Source: Corallochytrium limacisporum Hawaii
Taxonomy: Eukaryota; Protista; Pluriformea
Direction of reading: 5' to 3'
Length of the DNA stretch: 62,278 bases
Assembly (NCBI GenBank): GCA_002811645.1
Contig: PDIP01000131.1
Coordinates: 10,849-73,126 of the forward strand
Shown: positions 34,301 to 43,347 of the stretch, one piece after another
Layout of the letters: every line of letters starts with the position of its first letter
How positions within the stretch are numbered: the stretch's first letter is position 1
Position numbers and translations under genes: made by a program
Notes under the pieces: model-generated
What the model saw: only the letters and a program-made list of their open reading frames with translations
Database searches by the model: none
What the model was told of the DNA's origin: nothing

Positions 34301-36078
34301 CGCGCGTCATTGTGCAACATGGCAATGATGCTGCATCATGTGCATCTGTGGCATTTGCTTCCAGGCAGCCCCCATCTGGATGATACATATGCGGATTCTG
34401 CATGTGTGTGCGTACGTACTCGAAAATAGCTAACGACATGCAGCCTGCATAGTGCAAAATGCCCGCTTGGTCAGATCCGTTGGAATAGAATTGACTAAAG
34501 GCTCTGGACATCAAATGGGCATCATCACAATCATCCAAGCTGCTAATAGAGTCTTGGATTTCTCTGTACAACAACTCACCATGTCCAGTCTCTTCCGTAT
34601 CTTGCGTCCTCATCTCTTGGTCTCTTCATCCAAGGACGGAACAAGCACATATCAACAGCAGTCTATGATACCCGACGCATGATCCAACTGTACACCGTAC
34701 TAGTTTAGTGATTCGATGTTGATCGCAGTTCAAGTGGTCATTATGCAGAAATGACCACGAAGACGGACGCCGACAAAAACCTCCGGACATCCGTAATCCC
34801 CTTAAACTGTGCCAGCCTCCAGCAAGGCACTGTAAGTACTCTTTCTCATTGAAATGGTTGACGGGAAACTGAAACTGATCTCATTTACTCACTGGCAGTG
34901 CCAGCAAACGAGGGGGCCAAATTACCGCATATGCCACCCATTCACAATGTTCAGCATCCTGACGGCGCCTAGGACCCACACAATTCAGGAAGCAGCGGCA
35001 CCAGCAGCCGGCTACCTTGCAGAATATTCCCCAAGAAAAAACGTTGTTGCAAGAGTGGGCGGGGGCGAAGCTTGGGAAGGAAGGAGGGGGGAGGGGGGGA
35101 GAGAGAGAGAGAGACAAGCGAGAGAGCAGCAGCCCACCCGTGCCGAAACAACCCTGTCCCGCTGTCTCCGGGTTCGGTCCAAGGCAGATTTCTCCTTAAT
35201 TTGCGAAAGTCCGCAGTCCAGGTGCCATCGGAGAGATCTCTCTTGGTCAGGCCTAGAATGGATGTACCAACCTTAAATTCAACGGCTAGGCCGCAGTGCC
35301 GTTCTGTGCTATTTTTACCACACCTTCACTTGGCCCGTGCTGCGTAGATCTCGCGTCTCTGGAGTTGTTTAAGGGGTGCCAAGGGAGAAATATATATATA
35401 TATATGTTCCAACTCTCCTCCCTGGCGGGTTGCAGTAGTGAAACTATGGATACTCTGGCCCCAAACCGAAAACTATGTGGAGCAATCTAGGGTAAGGGGG
35501 GGGGAGGGGAGAGATAAGGGAAAGGAGACAAAGGGGGAAGGGGGTCAGACACACACAGAGAGAGAGAGCGAGAGAGAGAGAGGGAAGAAGACGATTCGGA
35601 TCTGTTGCGCCTTGTAAAGTCTCTTTTCGGTGGCCCGAGGATGATGGGTGCCCAGAGTGGGGGCGGGGTGAGATGGGAGGGGCGAAGTGGCGATAAAGAA
35701 TAAAAAAAGGGGGGGAGAGCAAGCAGATCAGAGAGAGAGAAGAAAAAATAGAAACAGAAAAAAAACAGGCAGAGTTGGCAAGAAAAAAAAATAGAGAACA
35801 AAAACGGGAAAAAGGAATCTCTCATCTCTTTGTCATACTTTTCGTGGTTTCTTAACCCTTTGTTTGTTGCCTGCCTCTTTTTCTTAATTGTTCCGCACAC
35901 ATACCAGACGATTTCGTTTTTAGAGAGATACCTAGAAAGACTGGCTGAAATGACTCTCTTTTCCTCCCCCCTCTCAGATTAGAGTCAGCTCTCAAATCGC
36001 TCGCCGTCTATCTGCCTTGGTTTTAGACTCTCTCCCTCGCTCGCTCTGTCAGTTTTCTCTGTGCGCGGAAGGTGAGGG

Positions 36079-36086
36079 TATTTAAG
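36079..36086 (+). promoter_or_regulatory. TATA-like element TATTTAAG
   Basis: Lies ~40 nt upstream of ATG 36121, embedded in G-rich sequence. Confidence 0.4.
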
Positions 36087-36120
36087 GGGGGCAGCCGGTG
36101 GGTTTCATTCCCGACCAAAC

Positions 36121-37196
36121 ATGGAAAGTAAGTTGTGAATTGTCCGTGGTGAAATCACAAACGCTAAAGGACATAGAGACAAGTCTTTTTTGTCTGAGTA
36201 GTGAACTTTTTAGAAAAATTAATCATGGCCAACATTGAGCGGATTGAGCTGCACCGTGGTGGTGACACCGTCATGGAGCACTGGCGCGTGGACTGGTGCA
36301 ACTGGGACATTATCAAGGACAAGCCCCAGGCCATTGCGGACTGCAAGGCTATCCTCAAGGATGGCTACATTATCATGGAGAACGTTGTTCCCCCTGAGAT
36401 GCTGAAGGAAGCTCAGAACATGTGTGACCAGGAGTTTGCCAAGTGTGGCAAGGGATCCAACGCTTTCCTCGGCTTCGAGACCCGCCGTATCCACAACCTG
36501 GTTAGCAAGGGTAGGGTATTTGAGAACTTGGCTACCCTGCCACGTGTGACCGACGTGCTGGATGCATTCCTGCAGCCGGGCTACCTTCTGTCCGTCGGCC
36601 AAGGTATTAACATTGGTCCCAACAGTGCTCCTCAGCCCCTGCACTTCGACGACAGCAACTACCCTCTGCCCCGGCCACGTGCCCCCATGCAGTTCGCCAC
36701 TGTCATTGCCATCGACGACTTCACTCCCACCAACGGTGCCACCGTTGTCTTGCCCGGTAGCCACACCTGGGGTCAGAACAAGACTCCTCCGGACCATCTG
36801 CGTCTCCGCAAGGGTAACCTCGGCTACGGCTCTGGTACACGGGACGCCATCGTTGAGAAGAAAGAAGACGACCTCGAGTTGATCTCTGCAGTCATGCCTG
36901 CCGGTTCTCTGGTGCTCTTCAGCGGCACCCTCTGGCACGGAGGCGGCAAGAACGTGTCTAGTGGTTTCCGCCGCTCTGTGACCTACCAGTATATCAACCC
37001 CTACCTGCGTCAGCTGGAGAACTCCATGCACGCCATCCCATGGGACCGTGTCAAGACTATGGAACCAAAGATGCAGAGTCTACTTGGATACTCTGTGCGG
37101 CCGCCGTTCATTGGCCACATTGAGGGCCAACACCCCATCGCATGGGAATTGGCGCGCGAGAAGCGGGAAGGTAAGCGGGAGAAGGCCCAGCTCTAA
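36121..37196 (+). CDS. Phytanoyl-CoA dioxygenase (PhyH) family Fe(II)/2-oxoglutarate dioxygenase; probable join(36121-36127,36214-37196)
   Basis: DGY, HxD (LHFDD), NGATVVLPGSH, MPAGS, LWHGGG and YLRQLEN motifs, with strong C/G-ending codon bias. An upstream ATG GAA A splices in frame. Alternative start is the ATG at 36225. Confidence 0.93.
36128..36213 (+). other. Putative 86-nt spliceosomal intron (GTAAGT...TTTTTAG)
   Basis: Perfect donor and T-rich acceptor, phase 1 on both sides, giving M-E-K-K-L-I-M-A in frame. Confidence 0.7.
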
Positions 37197-37601
37197 AGAT
37201 AGGCGTCCTAAGGTATAGAGGACTTAGAATGGGCGGTGACTGGTGTAACATCTATCATTCCGATGCTGGACATCCACCCTTCTCTAGTCTTTTGTCATCA
37301 CCTTCCTCATCGACTGAATGTTTTCGGATGAGGACTGTGTGATGAATGAACAAGTTTGTTGACTTGAGTTCCTTACCATTGATTGACTATCGGATAACGA
37401 CACTCACACAACCATAACCAAGTACTCAGATATTTGTTTCTTTGCTTCCTGTGGATTACAATTGAAACTTTTCCATTTTACATATCTCCATTCTCCGAGT
37501 ATTCCGTCGATTGTTTTTCCAAACCCATTTTGAGTGCTTTGTTTGTGATGATGTGTTGCTTCGACCACGTTCCTGTCTTCTTTCGTTCACTGTTCTGTGG
37601 A

Positions 37602-37694
37602 ATGCAAGGGATATCGCGCAGCAAACAACATGGAACGATGCAAGGGATATCCCGCAGCAAACAACATGGAAACGATGCAAGGGATATCCCGCAG
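37602..37694. repeat. 36/37-bp tandem repeat, ~2.5 copies, containing palindrome GGGATATCCC
   Basis: ATGCAAGGGATATC(C/G)CGCAG units start at 37602, 37638 and 37675. Confidence 0.9.
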
Positions 37695-40600
37695 GTAATA
37701 GTTTGGAACGTGCTTGCTGTTGACACTGACGGTTTAGCCGTGCACTGCATGGGAGGGGGGGATATGAGGTGATGGACGACAGCAAGGCTTGTGGTCCCAT
37801 ATTTCATCGGTATTTCCTCTGGCATCTTACTGTCCCACTAAGGACAGGAAGGCACGGTTCGGCGATGATCTCAGAATCGCACAGAACCAAACGCGGACCG
37901 GCACACAGGAAGTCTTGCCCCGTTCACTCTGTTGCCTGCTTTGCGGCATCGGCGTCTGTTCTGGAAGGTGTGCCAGATCTTGGCAGAACTATTCAATCAT
38001 ATTCAAGTCCCGGGGCCCCCCAATCCCAACGTTCACATTCGGACTGTTCCATATCCGACTGCTAGGAACGCCGTAGAACACTATGGACCAATCATGGGCC
38101 CCTCGGGTGATGGTAATTTGGGTCGGTTAACAGTCCGGTCGGGACATGGGCTACACATTGTGCCTCTAGTATGCATCTGAGATCGAATTCTGCCGTGGTT
38201 GCTGTGCTTCCAGTTTCAAGGAGGACCAAGACCCACGCAGACACCCCAAAAAGCATCTATATGAGGGCACTGCCTGGGTTTGTGGGTCGGAGAGTTCAAC
38301 GACTGCGCCTGGGCGAGGAACACGATTAGTTTGCCCTGTGTCATCCGTTTACACCACCAGAAGGCCTTGGCTCCGCGTGCCGCGTTGCCCCAAAAGTATG
38401 CAGGAGACGTGTTCTTGTATGCTTGCTGCAACGCCGCTAGGAGCACCTTTGCCGGGCACGTTTGGACCCTTCAGACTGTGCCTCATACGCTGCAGCTCCT
38501 GGATACAAATTGAAAGTTTTCAGTCCGATACTGCACAGATATTGTACCAGAAGCGATCCTTCACCGGCATCGATGACCTCCAATTGGTGAAGATGTGCCC
38601 GTCTGTTGATTACCACCTTCTTGACATCATTTGTCTGTTGTTATCAGATCGATATCGACCTGCAAGATGCTCAAGTAGTGAATGAGTCTACATACTAAAT
38701 GTACTGCCCAGAAATAAGGTATTGCAAGTCCTTCCATTTCACACGGAGCTCAACCCCAAGCTGCCTTATGCAAATGCTGAAACACGTGAATTGTTCCTTC
38801 ACTGTTCTGCCATGCACCGAATATCTCTAAACTCCCGGTCCCCTCGAGCATATTCTGCATGCCATGGTCATCCCGCCCACATTGCCATCAATTCTGCTCA
38901 CCGGAACAATCGGTCATTCATCACTCACTTCTTACTGACCATCGCTCTGTTCCTTTTCGATCTCAATATCCATATGAATAGAATGACAAGCCATGGACCA
39001 TGTTTTTTCCGGAAAGCACATGTTCTTAACAAATCATCCAAACACGGGACACCGCCTGAACCTTGTGCCCATGGAACTTCAGAAGGGAGGCGTATTGCCC
39101 ATATGTTCTCCTAATCCTTCTCGATTCCACTTCTCCGTGCAGATAGTGTAACCCTTGCACATCTGTGATAGTCTTTTGTGCCGTATCTGACCAGGTGTGG
39201 TCAACTTTATGAACAATGCTGCTGCAAAGATGCTTGAATATGTACCGGATCCGTGTACCTTATTCAAACTCCCCCACTGTCCTGGACGGCTCCACTGTGC
39301 AGCACGGGCGGGTCTGGCTGTTGGTCCGCACACCGTCCGAACGACATTGCGTCAGGAAAAAAAGTTACGTCCTCATCAAAGTCTACAAAATATCCATATA
39401 TCCAGTATTACATTCGATTTTTTCCTCCTTCAGGTGTCGCTCACAGGTCTCTCCGTCCACTCTCGAAAAAAAAAATCCGAGCCTTCAATTTTCTCAGACG
39501 ACCCTTGCTCCCAAGAAAACCCGCCCTTTCCCCCCGTCTCCCTGGGTTCCCCGAGAAAATAGACTCCCATATGAATCATAAATATTAATCATTAAATATT
39601 TTCGGATTTACACAATATTGATTTCTATACTCAGCAAGGGGTGCCGCAGTGGTTGCCTGCTCACTCTCTCGGGCCCAAATCGTAAGAACCACAGGAACAG
39701 CCCAAGCCCCTCCGTGTCCAAGATTTTTTGCAGTACGTTCAGTCCTAAAAAGTCCCCTTTACTCCGAGGCACGCCCACCCTAGCGAACACGAACCGCGGC
39801 AGTAAAACCGGTGCCCGCGTTTTCCCACCCCAACACCCCCCCCGGGGGGAGGGGGTTGGATTGGTTTCGCTGAGCAAAGTAAAAAACATCGCAGTATGTT
39901 CACTACTGGCCTTGGTGGAACACTGCACGTCGGGTGCAAGCGCGCGCGAAAACAGCAGATAAAGAGCGCAACAAAAAAAAAAGGAAGAACTAAAAAAAAC
40001 ATGGAAGAAATGAAAAGAAACAAAAATATATAAAAATTAGAACAAAAGGCAAAGAAAACTGCACTGGCGTAAGTACCAAAAGTTTTGTTTCGCCGTTCAC
40101 CTACCGGGAAACCAACCACCCCGCCTTTCCTTTCCTTTTCTCTATTTCTTCCGGCTTCTCCCTCGGTCTCTCTGTCTGTCAGACTCCGATAGCCACAGAC
40201 CGGCGCTCCGGGGCCAAAAAGAAAAAGAAAGGGGGGGCGGGGGGNNNNNNNNNNNNNNNNNNNNNNNNNNNNNNNNNNNNNNNNNNNNNNNNNNNNNNNN
40301 NNNNNNNNNNNNNNNNNNNNNNNNNNNNNNNNNNNNNNNNNNNNNNNNNNNNNNNNNNNNNNNNNNNNNNNNNNNNNNNNNNNNNNNNNNNNNNNNNNNN
40401 NNNNNNNNNNNNNNNNNNNNNNNNNNNNNNNNNNNNNNNNNNNNNNNNNNNNNNNNNNNNNNNNNNNNNNNNNNNNNNNNNNNNNNNNNNNNNNNNNNNN
40501 NNNNNNNNNGAGGGAGGGAGGGAGGGAGGCCCAGTGTTGCCCCGGGCAGGGGGCCGAGCACCGCCGCTCCGCGGTCTCTCTCGCTCTCTCTCCCCGGCCC

Positions 40601-41312
40601 GAAAAACCTCAGCGGGGCAGCAGCAGCAAACCCCCCCCCCGCGGGGGGGGCCTGGGGGCCGCGAGGCCGCGGGCGGTGTGGTTAGCCCTCTCTCTCTCTC
40701 TCTCTCTCTCCCCCCCCCTTCCTCCGAAAGGGCGCAACACTGCCTCGGTACCCCGACCCCCGGGGGGCCTCCCCTCCCCTTTCCTCCGCGTCACATGTCC
40801 CCGTGGAAGAAATTGCACTTGGGATTTGTGTGGCTTTTTTGTTTGCAACGGTCGCGGCCGTGTGGTGTTGTGGTGTGGGCAAGTTTTTTTTTTGGTTTCT
40901 TGTCGGTGCATTTTGGTGCGTTGTGATATTGAAACGTATTGTGTTTGTGTGTATGCGTACACTGTATTTACTTTTGTGGGCCAGACCGGACGCGGTGATG
41001 TTGTGGTTTCTTGGGATCGTGTGGCTATTTCTTAGCGTAGAGACGGGTAGCTGTAGAGCTTTGCCATACTAGTGGTAGATTTTACGCAGGAGACTGACCA
41101 GGCTTTAAAACATTTTCCTTTCGGGTTTGTATCATAGATCTAAAGAATTGCTTTCTCTTCTGGTTCAGTTCACAAGCGACGTTGCGGTTGCTCACTTCAT
41201 GGTTGGCATAGAAATATGGGAGCTGTGAGGAGCTAGGCAGTAGCGAAAATTCGGAAACTGGCTGTCAATTAAACCGAAAAAGAATATCAGATCTGATACG
41301 TTTGGTTTACCT

Positions 41313-41427
41313 GTAAGTGTTTAAAGGAATTCTCCGAGGAAGGCAACGGGATCAAATCACAAGAGGGCTTCGAGGCTTTGCAAATCCTAAGCAAAACACA
41401 CAAAGCCTCTTTGAGACTGTTCCACAG
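41313..41427 (+). other. Candidate 5'-leader intron of CK2-alpha (GTAAGT...TTCCACAG)
   Basis: Consensus donor at 41313, a CTAAG branch-like element and a CAG acceptor at 41427; no transcript support available. Confidence 0.4.
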
Positions 41428-41956
41428 ACGTTGGGTATACATTTGAAAGATTTGGTTTCTGGCTTCTGCGAGGGTTGGCCTCGCCACGTATAACAGCAGT
41501 GGCATAAACAGCATCAGTGTTTTTGGGACCCGTAGCAGAGGAGTAGCCACACGACTGGCATCCACAGTTCGGACAACCACACAGCCTAAAAACAACGGCA
41601 AAAGCAACAATCACAGTGGCACTGCCAAGGCTTCCAAGGCAGCATCACTGAAATCAAAGAATTCGAAGGCATCAGCACACGCAGCGCGCGGGTTTGACGT
41701 TGGCGACTCAGCGGCTGTGAAGAAAGCGCTCGGTGAGGCAGCTAGTGTAGATCCTTTGGCCCTTTGGCAAGACGATCCGTGGGAGATTGAAGAGCTCAAG
41801 GACGTCAACAACAAGTACTTTCGCAGGCAACGGTTAGAACAGGCCAAGAAGGCAGTCAGGGAGCGTGAAAAGAACGCCCTTTGGACCAAGGCAGCAGAAG
41901 CAGCCAGCAGCAGCAACCCTAAACACAGACTACGACTCGCTGCCAGCGAAGACATC

Positions 41957-43114
41957 ATGTCAAGTGTAAGCAGAGCCCGCGTGTACGCGGATATCAACAT
42001 CAACAAACCCCGGAGTGCATGGGACTACGACAAGTTCCAGATCACCTGGGGAGGACAGGATAAGTACGAGGTAGTACGGAAATTAGGCCGTGGCAAGTAT
42101 TCGGAAGTGTTTGAAGGCGTGGACGTGACACAGGACCGCAAAGTAGTGGTTAAGATCTTGAAACCCGTAAAGAAGAAAAAGATCAAGCGTGAGATTATGA
42201 TTCTTCAGGCCCTGCGGGGTGGACCCAACATTATCCAGCTCCTGGATGTCGTGCGTGATCCGCAGTCCAAGACACCATCTCTGATCTTTGAATACGTCAA
42301 CAATATTGACTACAAGGTTCTCTACCCGACCTTCACAGACTATGATATTCGGTTCTATCTCTACAAGGTCCTGCAGGCCCTCGATTACTGTCACAGCTGC
42401 GGCATTATGCACCGTGACGTCAAGCCGCACAACATCATGATTGACCACGAACGTCGGGAATTGCGCCTAATTGACTGGGGATTGGCAGAATTCTATCACC
42501 CGGGACGGGAATACAACGTGCGCGTAGCCAGCCGCTACTTTAAGGGACCCGAACTATTAGTCGACCTGCAGGAATATGATTACTCGTTGGACATGTGGTC
42601 TCTCGGCTGCATGTTTGCGAGCATGATTTTCCGCAAGGAACCTTTCTTTCACGGCAATGACAACTACGACCAGCTGGTCAAGATTGCCAAGGTCTTGGGC
42701 ACGGACGAGCTCTTTGAGTACCTGGAAAAATATAACATTGAACTCGACCCACACTTTGACGAGATTCTGGGACGGTACAGCCGCAAGCCTTGGAGCCGCT
42801 TCATAACTGCGGAGAATCAGCGCATTGTCACGTCGGAGGCCATTGATTTCCTCGACCGGTTACTCCGCTATGACCACAATGAGCGTCTGACGGCCAAGGA
42901 GGCAATGGCCCATTCGTACTTTACACCTGTGCGGCCCTACCTGGAGCTGAAGGACCCGCCAAAACCCGCACAGATGCCTGTACCTGCAAACGAACAAGCT
43001 GGCAGGGGCGCTGGCGGCGCTGAGGGAGGTGCCCCAACGACCATGGACGGAATGGCGGGTGACGGTCCCAACGGCCCGGTGTCGAACGGTGGCAGTGGAC
43101 CTATGCAGACCTAA
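41957..43114 (+). CDS. CSNK2A: Casein kinase II catalytic subunit alpha (canonical AUG form; frame is open upstream to 41447)
   Basis: SRARVYAD N-terminus, [43 protein letters not shown] and [12 protein letters not shown] are CK2-alpha signatures. Confidence 0.98.
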   Translation: MSSVSRARVYADININKPRSAWDYDKFQITWGGQDKYEVVRKLGRGKYSEVFEGVDVTQDRKVVVKILKPVKKKKIKREIMILQALRGGPNIIQLLDVVRDPQSKTPSLIFEYVNNIDYKVLYPTFTDYDIRFYLYKVLQALDYCHSCGIMHRDVKPHNIMIDHERRELRLIDWGLAEFYHPGREYNVRVASRYFKGPELLVDLQEYDYSLDMWSLGCMFASMIFRKEPFFHGNDNYDQLVKIAKVLGTDELFEYLEKYNIELDPHFDEILGRYSRKPWSRFITAENQRIVTSEAIDFLDRLLRYDHNERLTAKEAMAHSYFTPVRPYLELKDPPKPAQMPVPANEQAGRGAGGAEGGAPTTMDGMAGDGPNGPVSNGGSGPMQT

Positions 43115-43347
43115 GCGGACACAAGACAACCTGGTGAGACCTCGGGAAACAAAGGAGAAGTGGTTACAGTGGGACCTCTGTTTTAACTTTGAAGTAACGG
43201 ATTCAAACCGTCACTGACCGGAAGTAAGAAATTAAAGCGAAGACATACTAAAACATGCGCCAGTGAACACATTTATACAATTGCTAACTAAATGGAATTC
43301 GGGCCCTTGCATCAAGCATTGATGATCGTGACGTCCTTCAAGTTTAT

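Noticed and set aside
41282-41446. TGA read-through or selenocysteine extending the CK2 frame further upstream
   Set aside because: No start codon is reached, no SECIS is evident, TGA is a normal stop in other genes here, and the segment overlaps a candidate intron.
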